Origin: Nitrosopumilus sp. | GTDB lineage: Archaea; Thermoproteota; Nitrososphaeria; Nitrososphaerales; Nitrosopumilaceae | Length of the DNA stretch: 60,528 bases | NCBI GenBank assembly: GCA_028448965.1 | Contig: JAONQT010000001.1 | Location: 1-60,528, forward strand | Reading direction: 5' to 3' | Shown: positions 29,046 to 38,729 of the stretch, one piece after another | Numbering within the stretch: position 1 is the first letter of the stretch | Layout: every line of letters starts with the position of its first letter | Notes under the pieces: model-generated | Told to the model about the DNA's origin: nothing | Databases searched by the model: none | Seen by the model: only the letters and a program-made list of their open reading frames with translations | Made by a program: the position numbers and the translations under genes

Positions 29046-30209
29046 ATGGATAAATTAGGCGTGTTTGTAGGTGCAGCAGTAGGAAGTATCAGCATATTAA
29101 TCATATTTACAGTTCTATTCATCATACCAGGAGAATCAGATGAAAAAGTAATACAGATGCAAAATCAGATAAATGAAAATGAATTACAGATGCAAAATCA
29201 GATAGATAAAATAAATAAATTAATTTTAACAAAATCAAAAACACTATCATTAATTGAAATTTTTGAGAAATCAGAACCAGGAGTAGTTAGAGTCAATACA
29301 CAAAGAAACCAAACTGCAAATGAAACAGGAGGAGTAGGATCAGGTTTTGTGTTTGATAAAAAAGGCCATATAATTACAAATGCACATGTGATAGAAGGTT
29401 CAACAAAAATAATTGTCACATTTTTAGATGGTAGATCATATAATGCAGAAATTATTGGAATGGATGAATATACAGATATTGGCGTAATCAAAGTTAATGC
29501 AGATTTAAAATTATTACAACCATTATCACTTGGAGATTCATCAAATCTAGAAGTAGGAGAACCAATAACGGCAATAGGTAATCCATTTGGATTATCAGGA
29601 TCAATGACATCAGGTATAATCAGTCAGATGGGAAGATTACTTCCATCAGGTTCAGGGTATTCAATTCCAGATGTAATTCAAACAGATGCAGCTATTAATC
29701 CAGGAAATTCAGGTGGACCACTATTAAACATGAGAGGAGATATTGTTGGAATTAATACTGCAATACAATCTACAACAGGAGAATTCACGGGAGTAGGATT
29801 TGCCATACCATCACAAACAGTTGCAAAAATTGTTCCAACTTTGATCAATGAAGGAGAATACAAACACCCATGGATTGGAATTTCAGGCAGAGACATTGAT
29901 CCAGATATGGCAAATGTATTAGAATTAAAAGATGCACTAGGATTTCTAATTATCACAGTAGTAGAAAATAGTCCAGCATCAGATGCAGGATTAATCGGTT
30001 CAGATAAAACAATTGAAGTAGAAGGAAGGGAGTATCCAGTTGGAGGGGATATAATTCTTGCAGTAGATGGAATAGATGTTAGAAAAATAGATGATATTTT
30101 GATACATCTTCAAAGGGTAAAAACAGTTGGAGATGAAATGGATTTAGAAATTTTAAGAGATAATAGAACTACAAATATTACAATTATCCTTCAAGAAAGA
30201 CCAAATTGA
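29046..30209 (+). CDS. HtrA/DegP-type serine protease with PDZ domain
   Basis: GSGF, TNAHV, QTDAAINPGNSGGPL, C-terminal PDZ; N-terminal TM. Confidence 0.95.
   Translation: MDKLGVFVGAAVGSISILIIFTVLFIIPGESDEKVIQMQNQINENELQMQNQIDKINKLILTKSKTLSLIEIFEKSEPGVVRVNTQRNQTANETGGVGSGFVFDKKGHIITNAHVIEGSTKIIVTFLDGRSYNAEIIGMDEYTDIGVIKVNADLKLLQPLSLGDSSNLEVGEPITAIGNPFGLSGSMTSGIISQMGRLLPSGSGYSIPDVIQTDAAINPGNSGGPLLNMRGDIVGINTAIQSTTGEFTGVGFAIPSQTVAKIVPTLINEGEYKHPWIGISGRDIDPDMANVLELKDALGFLIITVVENSPASDAGLIGSDKTIEVEGREYPVGGDIILAVDGIDVRKIDDILIHLQRVKTVGDEMDLEILRDNRTTNITIILQERPN
29152..29204 (+). repeat. 20-bp direct repeat with 33-bp period, in frame in the HtrA stalk
   Basis: TACAGATGCAAAATCAGATA at 29152 and 29185 (QMQNQI twice). 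Confidence 0.85.
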
Positions 30210-30253
30210 AAAAAAATAGATACAAGCATAAATACATCCACTAAAAAATTCTT

Positions 30254-31426
30254 TTGATGACCAATTTGATATTAAAATCTGAAATCCTAAGTAATGTATT
30301 AGAAAACAAATCAGTTACACGTGAAGAAATTATAGATATTTATCAAAACTCAATAAATAATCCAATTGATCTATTTTTAACTGCACAAAAGTTAAGAATA
30401 AAAAATAAAAAGAAATCAGTTACATTTTCAAAAAAAGCATTTTTTAATATTGTAAATCTTTGTAAAGACACTTGTTCATACTGTACCTATAAAGCAGAAC
30501 CAGGAGAAGAAAAAATTTCTTTAATGTCAAAGCAACAAATTAAAGAATTATCACAATTAGCAAAAAAATACAAATGTGTTGAAGCACTTTTTGTGACAGG
30601 AGAACAACCAGAAAAAAAATATCCAGAAGCACGTAAATGGCTTAAAGATAATGGATTTAAATCAACAACAGAGTATCTGATACATTCATCAGAAATGGCA
30701 TTAGAGTTAGGATTGTTTCCACATACCAATGCAGGAAATTTGAATTTCGATGAAATGAAGGAACTTAAAAAAACTAATGTGTCAATGGGAGTAATGCTTG
30801 AAAATGTTAGTGATAGGTTAACAAAAAAAGGAATGCCACATTACTTAGCTGCAAGTAAAAAACCAAAAACTCGATTAAAAATTTTAGAAAATTCAGGTAA
30901 ATTAAAAATTCCAATGACAACAGGAATTCTGGTAGGGATTGGAGAAACAATAGAAGAGATCATAGATTCTATATTAGCAATTAAAAATTTACATAAAAAA
31001 TATGGAAATATTCAAGAAGTGATTTTACAAAATTTTCAACCAAAACAAGATACAATTATGAAAAATATCCCGTCAGCTAATGAGGAATATTTTAAGAAAA
31101 TTGTAGCATTATCAAGGATCATAATGCCACAAATGAATATACAAATTCCACCAAATTTATCACCAAAATCATATCAAAGTTTCTTACAAGTAGGAATTAA
31201 TGATTGGGGAGGAATTTCACCATTAACACCAGATTTCGTAAACCCAGAATTTCCCTGGCCAAAAATTAACCAAGTGGAAGATAATTCAAAAAAAGCAGGA
31301 TTTGATTTAAAATGTAGATTTCCAATATATCCAGAATTTTTTTCTTTTATTAGTAAAAAGTTAAGAGATAAAATAGCCGTTATTCAAAACGAAGATGGGT
31401 ACGTAAAGGAAGGATATTGGAGATGA
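30254..31426 (+). CDS. cofG: FO synthase subunit CofG
   Basis: VTFSK, CKDTCSYC, PHTNAG, TTGILVGIGE, QEVILQNF, QIPPNL, DWGGISP. Confidence 0.95.
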   Translation: MMTNLILKSEILSNVLENKSVTREEIIDIYQNSINNPIDLFLTAQKLRIKNKKKSVTFSKKAFFNIVNLCKDTCSYCTYKAEPGEEKISLMSKQQIKELSQLAKKYKCVEALFVTGEQPEKKYPEARKWLKDNGFKSTTEYLIHSSEMALELGLFPHTNAGNLNFDEMKELKKTNVSMGVMLENVSDRLTKKGMPHYLAASKKPKTRLKILENSGKLKIPMTTGILVGIGETIEEIIDSILAIKNLHKKYGNIQEVILQNFQPKQDTIMKNIPSANEEYFKKIVALSRIIMPQMNIQIPPNLSPKSYQSFLQVGINDWGGISPLTPDFVNPEFPWPKINQVEDNSKKAGFDLKCRFPIYPEFFSFISKKLRDKIAVIQNEDGYVKEGYWR

Positions 31427-32682
31427 CAAATAACATAGATTCGCTGTTTAGAAATGCAGATCCGATCGTATCTGAAATTTTAAACAATGCACTATCTGAA
31501 AAAGAAATAACATCCAAAGAGGGATTAACATTATACAAAACAAAAGGAATTGATTTCCACCTAGTAGGATTAGTTGCAGATGAATTACGAAAAAGGAGAG
31601 TAGGCAATATTGTATCGTATGTAGTGAATAGAAATATCAATTTTACAAATGTATGCATTAAACAATGTGGTTTTTGTGCATTTAGTAGAGATTTTAGAGA
31701 AGAGGAAGGGTATTTCCTGCCAACAGATGAAATTGTACGTAGAGCAAAAGAAGCTCACAGTTTAGGTGCAACAGAAGTTTGCATTCAAGCAGGATTACCT
31801 CCAGACATGGAAGGGGATTTGTATGAAAATATTTGTAGAGAAATTAAAAAAGAAATTCCAGACATACATATTCACGGATTTTCACCAGAAGAGATCCTCT
31901 ATGGAGCAACTAGATCAAATATCTCAATTGAAGAGTTTTTGAAAAGAATGAAGGAAGCAGGTGTCGATACACTACCAGGAACATCTGCAGAGATACTAGA
32001 TCAAAAGTTAAGAGACAAAATTTCTCCAGGAAGAATTACAGTAAAGCAATGGGAGGAAGTCATTAAAGCAGCCCATAAAATGGGCATAAATACAACATCC
32101 ACTATGATGTTTGGTCATTTGGAAACACTTGAAGAGAGAGTAGACCACATGGTAAAATTAAGAGAAATTCAAAAAGAAACACAGGGGTTCACAGAATTTG
32201 TTCCATTAAATTTTGTTCATTCAGAAGCACCAATGTATAAACATCAATTACATGAAGGAATACAAAAAGGAGGAAGCGGAAATGATGTCTTACTAACACA
32301 TGCAATTGCAAGAATTATGTTCAATAATTCAATAGATAATATTCAAATGTCTTGGGTAAAAGAAGGTCAAAAAATGTCACAATTACTACTGATGTGGGGA
32401 GCAAATGATTTTGGAGGTACCCTAATCAATGAAAGTATATCCACATCAGCAGGTTCAGAACATGGGCAATTATTAAGACCAAAAGAAATTAGACGGATGT
32501 CAAGAGAAATAGGAAGAATTCCAGCTGAAAGAAATACACATTATAAAATGTTAAAAAAGTTTGAAACAGAAAATGAAATCGAAGAAGGATTAGATAAGAT
32601 TACAGATTATTCACAATTTGGATCATATGCAGAATTGATTAAAATTAATAAATTTAGATACAAGAATCCAAGAGAAGAATAA
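31417..32682 (+). CDS. cofH: FO synthase subunit CofH
   Basis: NRNINFTNVC...CGFC, PGTSAEIL, TSTMMFGH, QMSWVK, GANDFGGTL. Confidence 0.95.
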   Translation: MEMTNNIDSLFRNADPIVSEILNNALSEKEITSKEGLTLYKTKGIDFHLVGLVADELRKRRVGNIVSYVVNRNINFTNVCIKQCGFCAFSRDFREEEGYFLPTDEIVRRAKEAHSLGATEVCIQAGLPPDMEGDLYENICREIKKEIPDIHIHGFSPEEILYGATRSNISIEEFLKRMKEAGVDTLPGTSAEILDQKLRDKISPGRITVKQWEEVIKAAHKMGINTTSTMMFGHLETLEERVDHMVKLREIQKETQGFTEFVPLNFVHSEAPMYKHQLHEGIQKGGSGNDVLLTHAIARIMFNNSIDNIQMSWVKEGQKMSQLLLMWGANDFGGTLINESISTSAGSEHGQLLRPKEIRRMSREIGRIPAERNTHYKMLKKFETENEIEEGLDKITDYSQFGSYAELIKINKFRYKNPREE

Positions 32683-34044
32683 TTGTCAGCCTTAGAGAAG
32701 GCAATAATTTATTCAAAAAGTATAGGAATAGAAGAATGTGAAGTTGTTGTTGTTAAAAAAAATATTACAACAATAAGAATTACAGATTCAGAAGTTACAG
32801 AGATCAAACAAAATTTTGATGAAAATTATGGTATAAGATTAATCCATCAAAAAAAAATTATCTCAATACAAACAACCAACAAAGAAAAAATAACAGATGA
32901 AATTACAAAAGGATTGAAAACAACCCTTAAGCTAAAACCTAGGGAATTTTGGAGAGGTTTACCAAGTAAAAAAGAAGTAATACAGTTGGAAGGAACATTT
33001 GATAAAAAATTGAAGCAAATTTCAGGTTCACAAGCAACGGATATCGCTCAGAATATGATTAATTCATCTGAAAATAAAAAAATAGATACAATTACAGGTT
33101 CATTAAATATAGTTCACGAAGATTTTGAATTAAGTAACTCTAATGGACTAAATTTTAATAATGAATCCACTTACATTTCAGGAATTATCAATGCAGAGTC
33201 AGAACAGAGCACATTAGCAGTTTCAGGGATTGGTCATGCTTGTGGAAGAACATTGTCAAAATTTTATCCAGAACAAATAGGATTTGAGGCAAAAAATATG
33301 TGCATAAATTCAATTAATCCACAAAAAATTAATTCAAATGTATATTCCATAATTTTTGATCCTTATTCAGTGGGAGAATTATTAGCATTTGTTGTAGCAT
33401 CAAATTTTAATTTTAAAACATTTAAAGAAAAAAAAAGTTGTTTTTCAAATAATTTTAAAGATAGGATATCAGTTAAAGAATTTAATTTAACAGATAATCC
33501 ACACATACCTGAAGGGATTGGAACAAAAATAATAGATGATGAAGGGACAAAAACTAAAAAAATAAACTTAATTCAAAATGGAATTTTTAAAAATATGTTT
33601 TCAAATCTTTATGATAGTTATAAAGAAGGAGAAGAAAAATCATCAGGTAATGCAATACGAATGGGTTCTCCTATGGGAAGAAGTGCAGAACCAATTCCAA
33701 TTTCAGCACCACATAATCTAGTAGTTACACCAGGCAATAGTTCACAGGAAGATATGATCAAGGATACTAAACATGGTTTGTTAGTTGGAAGGTTATGGTA
33801 TACATATGCAGTAAATCCAATAAAAGGAGATTTCTCGTGTACAGCAAGAAGTGGGATACAAATAATAGAAAATGGGAAAATAGTAGGACCAGGAAAATCA
33901 GTAAGAATTGTACACAATCTTCCAAAGATGTTAAACAACATTTCAGATATAGGCAAGGATCAAAAGAGAGTAATGCAATGGGCATCATTACCATCAATTA
34001 CACCGTCAATCAAAGTTGAAAATATCTCAGTTAATTCAATTTAG
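32683..34044 (+). CDS. TldD/PmbA family protein (PmbA/TldE-like)
   Basis: DDEG, GNA.R, N...GDFS, IENGKI; no HExxH. Confidence 0.88.
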   Translation: MSALEKAIIYSKSIGIEECEVVVVKKNITTIRITDSEVTEIKQNFDENYGIRLIHQKKIISIQTTNKEKITDEITKGLKTTLKLKPREFWRGLPSKKEVIQLEGTFDKKLKQISGSQATDIAQNMINSSENKKIDTITGSLNIVHEDFELSNSNGLNFNNESTYISGIINAESEQSTLAVSGIGHACGRTLSKFYPEQIGFEAKNMCINSINPQKINSNVYSIIFDPYSVGELLAFVVASNFNFKTFKEKKSCFSNNFKDRISVKEFNLTDNPHIPEGIGTKIIDDEGTKTKKINLIQNGIFKNMFSNLYDSYKEGEEKSSGNAIRMGSPMGRSAEPIPISAPHNLVVTPGNSSQEDMIKDTKHGLLVGRLWYTYAVNPIKGDFSCTARSGIQIIENGKIVGPGKSVRIVHNLPKMLNNISDIGKDQKRVMQWASLPSITPSIKVENISVNSI

Positions 34045-34064
34045 AGTTCAAATTTAGACATAAA

Positions 34065-35000
34065 TTATTTAACAAATGTGGTTATCAGGTACAAAACATA
34101 GCCTGTGGCCAAAATTATACCCATAGTTCGGTTAATTATTTTGGTTTTTAATCCAATTAACAATGAAATACTAAAAATAAGCATAATTGCATAATCCACA
34201 TAAACGTCAGCAGTAATCAAAACTCCACCAAGAGAAGCACCAACCCCCATAATCATTAAAATATTATAGATATTACTTCCAATAATATTTCCAATTCCAA
34301 TATCACTATGTCCTTTACGAATTGCAATTATAGAAGTAATTAATTCTGGAAGGGAAGTTCCAATTGCAATTACAGTTAATCCAATAATTTTTTCAGATAA
34401 ACCAAATTCACTTGCAATAACTACAGCATTGTCTACTGTAAGTATAGCTCCAATATACAAAACAACAATACCAATTGCAATTAATCCAATAGATTTTAAA
34501 TAAATATTATTTTTATTAGAATTAGAATCATCTTTACTTTTCTCTCTTTGTTTTAATGCACTTCTAAATGTATAAACTGCAAAAATACCCAATCCAATAA
34601 GAAGTAAAATACCATCATATTGTGAAAGTTCACCATCAATAGACAATAAAATAAGTAATGCAGAAACTCCAAGCATTATTGGAATTTCTTTTCGTAATAC
34701 AGATTTGTGAACTGCAAGTGGAACAAGAATTGCTGCAACTCCTATAACCATTCCAACGTTAGCAATATTACTTCCAACAATATTTCCCAAAATTATGGCA
34801 CTGTGATCTCCAGCAGCTGCAATACTTGCAGCAAGTTCAGGAGTAGATGTACCATATGCAACAATAGTCATACCAATTACAAGATTACTAATACGAAATT
34901 TTTTAGCAATGGTAACACCGCCACTAACTAACCAATTTCCACCAAAACATAACAGTATTAATCCAATTAATAATAATACGGCACTTAGTATGACTTCCAT
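34065..35000 (-). CDS. Ca2+/Na+ antiporter (YrbG-like CaCA family)
   Basis: Two alpha repeats: GTSTPE..GNIVGSN and GTSLPE..GNIIGSN. Confidence 0.93.
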   Translation of the reverse strand: MEVILSAVLLLIGLILLCFGGNWLVSGGVTIAKKFRISNLVIGMTIVAYGTSTPELAASIAAAGDHSAIILGNIVGSNIANVGMVIGVAAILVPLAVHKSVLRKEIPIMLGVSALLILLSIDGELSQYDGILLLIGLGIFAVYTFRSALKQREKSKDDSNSNKNNIYLKSIGLIAIGIVVLYIGAILTVDNAVVIASEFGLSEKIIGLTVIAIGTSLPELITSIIAIRKGHSDIGIGNIIGSNIYNILMIMGVGASLGGVLITADVYVDYAIMLIFSISLLIGLKTKIINRTMGIILATGYVLYLITTFVK

Positions 35001-35197
35001 AATGAAATTTTAGATACTGGTTGTTTAAAGGAGATGATTCATTATAATTTTACAAGTTTACCAATTCAAGTTAAGTTCAAAAAAATAAGTAATGTTAGAA
35101 AAATAATATCAATTATTCAACCTAAATTACAAAATTAGGTGTAAAAAAACCACTCAGAAGGATGAAAAATAAGCTAGTCAAAGACTAATAAGGTAAT

Positions 35198-35216
35198 GTA
35201 CCGTACCATACTGTAT
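35198..35216 (+). promoter_or_regulatory. palindromic operator-like element upstream of the wHTH regulator
   Basis: GTACCGTACCATACTGTAT between CTAATAAG and ATG 35218; 17/19 identical to the element at radA. Confidence 0.7.
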
Positions 35217-35217
35217 A

Positions 35218-35562
35218 ATGAAAGCAAGACTAACATATGTGCCACTAGAAGTGGCAGATCAATTTGAAGACTTTATCATAGAAAGAGAAGAGCAAGTTTT
35301 AGATGCAGTAAAAGCAAGAACCAGAGATTTCAGCACGTTATCTTTGTTAAAGTTGTTATACCAACTTAAAGGAAATCCAATGACATTTTCAAATTTATAT
35401 TCAAAATCAAAAATTAGAATGAAAAGATCATTTTTGAATTATTTACATTTGTGTGTAAATTATAATTTCATTGAAAAAGAAGCTGTAGGGCCAAATGTAA
35501 TCTATACAATTACAGACAAAGGAAGAGTAATGCTAAATTTATTCATGCAAAAAAGTAATTAG
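35218..35562 (+). CDS. winged helix-turn-helix transcriptional regulator
   Basis: PMTFSNL...SFLNYL...YTITDKG wHTH signature; short N-terminal extension. Confidence 0.85.
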   Translation: MKARLTYVPLEVADQFEDFIIEREEQVLDAVKARTRDFSTLSLLKLLYQLKGNPMTFSNLYSKSKIRMKRSFLNYLHLCVNYNFIEKEAVGPNVIYTITDKGRVMLNLFMQKSN

Positions 35563-35583
35563 ATAGAGTATTCGAAGCACACT

Positions 35584-36309
35584 GTGGAAAAAGAATTTCC
35601 AGAAGCAGAAATATTTTCAATTAAAAAAATGGAACTAAAAAATCCAATAATTTTTGCAGGGTTTGTTGGAGCAGGACTTGTAGGCCCTCTTTCAATCAAT
35701 CATATAATTACAGAATTAAAAATGACAGAAATAGCAGTTATGAGATCAAAGTACCTCCCACCATCAACGGTATTTATGAGAGGGAGATTACGTCATCCTT
35801 TTAGATTCTATGCAAATCCAGAAGGAACAGTTTGTGCAATAATTTGTGAAATTACATTAAGAATGGAAGGATTGTATTCATTAGTATCATCAATTTTAGA
35901 CTGGGCAGAAAACAACGGATCTAAAGAAATTGTAATTTTAGATGGAGTTGCAAGTACTGAACATGATGATAAAGCATACTGTGCAGCAGAAGAAGATTTG
36001 GTCAGAACAATGGCAGACAAAGATATTAGTTTAATTCCTCAAGGATTCATCACTGGGATTCCAGGAGGAATATTAAATGAATGCCTAGTAAGAGAAATTC
36101 AAGGATTAACATTATTAGCAAAAGCAAACAAAACAGAGCCAGATGCAGGCGCAGCTGCAACCCTAATTCATGCATTAAACAGATTTTATGAAATGGAAAT
36201 TGATACATCAGAACTTCAAAAGGAAAAAGACAGAATTCATTCAGAATTTAGCGAATTGTCTCAAAAATATGTAGAACACAGAGAAGAAATATCTGGAATG
36301 TATATGTGA
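35584..36309 (+). CDS. proteasome assembly chaperone (PAC2) family protein
   Basis: GFVGAGLVG, HPFRFY, G.PGG.L, PD..AA, C-terminal GMYM (HbYX). Confidence 0.9.
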   Translation: MEKEFPEAEIFSIKKMELKNPIIFAGFVGAGLVGPLSINHIITELKMTEIAVMRSKYLPPSTVFMRGRLRHPFRFYANPEGTVCAIICEITLRMEGLYSLVSSILDWAENNGSKEIVILDGVASTEHDDKAYCAAEEDLVRTMADKDISLIPQGFITGIPGGILNECLVREIQGLTLLAKANKTEPDAGAAATLIHALNRFYEMEIDTSELQKEKDRIHSEFSELSQKYVEHREEISGMYM

Positions 36310-36358
36310 TCGAAATAATAGGCAAATTCTTTTATTCACAATAAATGCGCAACAAACT

Positions 36359-37381
36359 ATGGCTTTAACATACAAAAAAGCAGGAGTAGATATTTCAAAA
36401 ATTAAACAAAGTCAAAAAGCAATTGGAAAATTAATTGTATCAACACACAAACTTCAGAAAAAAGCAAAGATGACACATGGATTTGGACATTATGCAGGGA
36501 TAGTTGAAATTCCAGGTGGAAAACTTTTAGCTACACATACAGATGGTGTTGGAACGAAAGTAGTAATTGCAAATATGATGAAAAAATACAATACAATAGG
36601 AATTGACTGTGTTGCAATGAATGTAAATGATATAATTTGTATTGGTGCAACACCAATATCATTTGTAGATTATATTGCTGCAAATAAAAACGACGCACAG
36701 ATATTTAAAAAAATTGTAGAGGGATTAGTAAAAGGAGCAAAAAAATCTTTAATGCCAATTGTTGGTGGCGAAACTGCAATCATGCCAGATGTAATTGAAG
36801 GAAAAGGATTTGCATTTGATTTAGCAGGTATGGTTGTAGGAATATTAGATAAAAAAGATATGATTTTAGGAAATAAAATTAAAACAGGTGATGCCATTAT
36901 TGGAGTAAGTAGTTCAGGAATTCATTCAAACGGATATTCACTTGCAAGAAAAGCTTTGCTAACAAAATATTCAGTTAAAGACAAAGTGAAAGGAGTAGGA
37001 ACATTAGGAGATGCATTACTAAAACCTACAGAAATCTATACAAACCCAGTTCTTGAAATTAATCAAAAATGTAAGATAAACGGATTGGCCCACATCACTG
37101 GAGGTTCATTTACCAAATTATTACGCCTCAAAAACGTAGGTTATCAAATAGATTCACTTCCAAAAATACCTCCAATTATGGGACTAGTAGAGGAACAAGG
37201 AGTCAAACCAGAAGAAATGTACAAAACTTTCAACATGGGAGTAGGATTCTGCATAATGGCACCAAAAGATCAAGTAAGTAAAATTGAATCAATATTTAAA
37301 AAACATAAGATCAAAAGCCAACAAATAGGTCAAGTGATTTCTAAAAAAGGAGTTTCAGTAAACTCGGTAAAAATTGCTTAA
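36359..37381 (+). CDS. purM: phosphoribosylformylglycinamidine cyclo-ligase
   Basis: YKKAGVD, DGVGTK, GGETA, HSNGYS, HITGG, TFNMGVG. Confidence 0.97.
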   Translation: MALTYKKAGVDISKIKQSQKAIGKLIVSTHKLQKKAKMTHGFGHYAGIVEIPGGKLLATHTDGVGTKVVIANMMKKYNTIGIDCVAMNVNDIICIGATPISFVDYIAANKNDAQIFKKIVEGLVKGAKKSLMPIVGGETAIMPDVIEGKGFAFDLAGMVVGILDKKDMILGNKIKTGDAIIGVSSSGIHSNGYSLARKALLTKYSVKDKVKGVGTLGDALLKPTEIYTNPVLEINQKCKINGLAHITGGSFTKLLRLKNVGYQIDSLPKIPPIMGLVEEQGVKPEEMYKTFNMGVGFCIMAPKDQVSKIESIFKKHKIKSQQIGQVISKKGVSVNSVKIA

Positions 37382-37455
37382 TTTAACAACAATAAAATAA
37401 TTTTTAGCTTGGTATCATCTTATATTACAGATTTCTTTGATTTTACTAGATAGCA

Positions 37456-38703
37456 ATGAGTGATGCCCATTTTATTGAAACGATAATCGGTGTAGGAATA
37501 CTGCTTTTTGCAGCAAAATTAATGGCAGAACTGTTCCTTAGATTAAAACTTCCGATTGTGTTGGGAGAGTTAATTGCAGGTATGGTTGTGGGACCATTTG
37601 CATTAGGTGGATTAGAAATAATCGATGGAAAACAATTGTTGCAAATTAATGATGAGATTAGAGTACTTGGAGAGATGGGAGCAATTGTAATTTTATTTAT
37701 GGCAGGACTAGAAATGACACCAAAAGAATTTCTCAAGGGAGGAAAAGCAGCATTTGTAGTAGGGACATTGGGAGTAGTTATTCCGTTCTTTGCAGGACTT
37801 GCAGTTTTCCAATTATTTGGATTTGATGTATTGCAATCAATGTTAATTGCAACTGCACTTACAGCAACAAGTATTGCAATTTCAATTCAAGTTCTAAATG
37901 AATTTGGAAAAATTAAAACTCCAGAAGCTAGACTGATCATAGGAGCTGCAATTGTAGATGACATACTAGCAATTGCAGTATTATCAGTAGTAACATCCAT
38001 GGCAGGATCAGAGGGAGGCGTAGACAACATAGACATTACAGAAATTACAATTACCATTTTGAAAGTACTAGGATTCTTTGCAATTATGTTAGTAGTTGCA
38101 GTTGTAGTAATACCAAAAATAATTACACCAAGACTATGGAAAGCAAAAGGAAGTGTTGAAGGAATAGCTACTGCGGCGTTCTTTGGTGCAGCAGCTCTTG
38201 CAGGTTCTATAGGATTATCACCGATTGTAGGTGCGTTTGCTGTAGGTATGGCATTATCAACAACCAAAGTATTTGAAAAGATAGAAAACTATATTGGAAA
38301 AATAGGGTTAATTTTTGCTCCATTATTCTTTGCAATAATTGGCGCTCAAGTAGATCTAAGAGCAGTAGATTTGAATATTCTCATATTAAGTGGAGCCATT
38401 ATCGTAGTTGCAGTTACAACAAAATTATTTGGATGTGGTCTTCCTGCAATGTATTTCTTAAAAAGCAAACAAAAAGGACTGCGTGTAGGGATTGGAATGA
38501 TTTCAAGAGGAGAAGTAGGATTAATTGTAGCAGGTGTTGGAGTAACAGCTGGAGTTCTCACATCTGAAGTATATTCTACAATAATAATCATGGTAGTAGT
38601 AACAACGATTATCACACCAATTTGGTTAAAAATTGAATACAGAAAAGAACAAAAAAACGACAGTAATGAATCAAATAAAACGGTAGAACAAAAATCAGAA
38701 TAA
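37456..38703 (+). CDS. cation:proton antiporter (CPA2 family)
   Basis: LFMAGLE, ATS, VDDI, GAF..G, SRGEV. Confidence 0.92.
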   Translation: MSDAHFIETIIGVGILLFAAKLMAELFLRLKLPIVLGELIAGMVVGPFALGGLEIIDGKQLLQINDEIRVLGEMGAIVILFMAGLEMTPKEFLKGGKAAFVVGTLGVVIPFFAGLAVFQLFGFDVLQSMLIATALTATSIAISIQVLNEFGKIKTPEARLIIGAAIVDDILAIAVLSVVTSMAGSEGGVDNIDITEITITILKVLGFFAIMLVVAVVVIPKIITPRLWKAKGSVEGIATAAFFGAAALAGSIGLSPIVGAFAVGMALSTTKVFEKIENYIGKIGLIFAPLFFAIIGAQVDLRAVDLNILILSGAIIVVAVTTKLFGCGLPAMYFLKSKQKGLRVGIGMISRGEVGLIVAGVGVTAGVLTSEVYSTIIIMVVVTTIITPIWLKIEYRKEQKNDSNESNKTVEQKSE

Positions 38704-38729
38704 ATTTTAACGGTGTAAGATTAACAATA

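Noticed and set aside
10527-32682. F420 genes (cofD-cofC and cofG-cofH) as a novel pathway
   Set aside because: F420 biosynthesis is established in this lineage, and the split arrangement is unremarkable.
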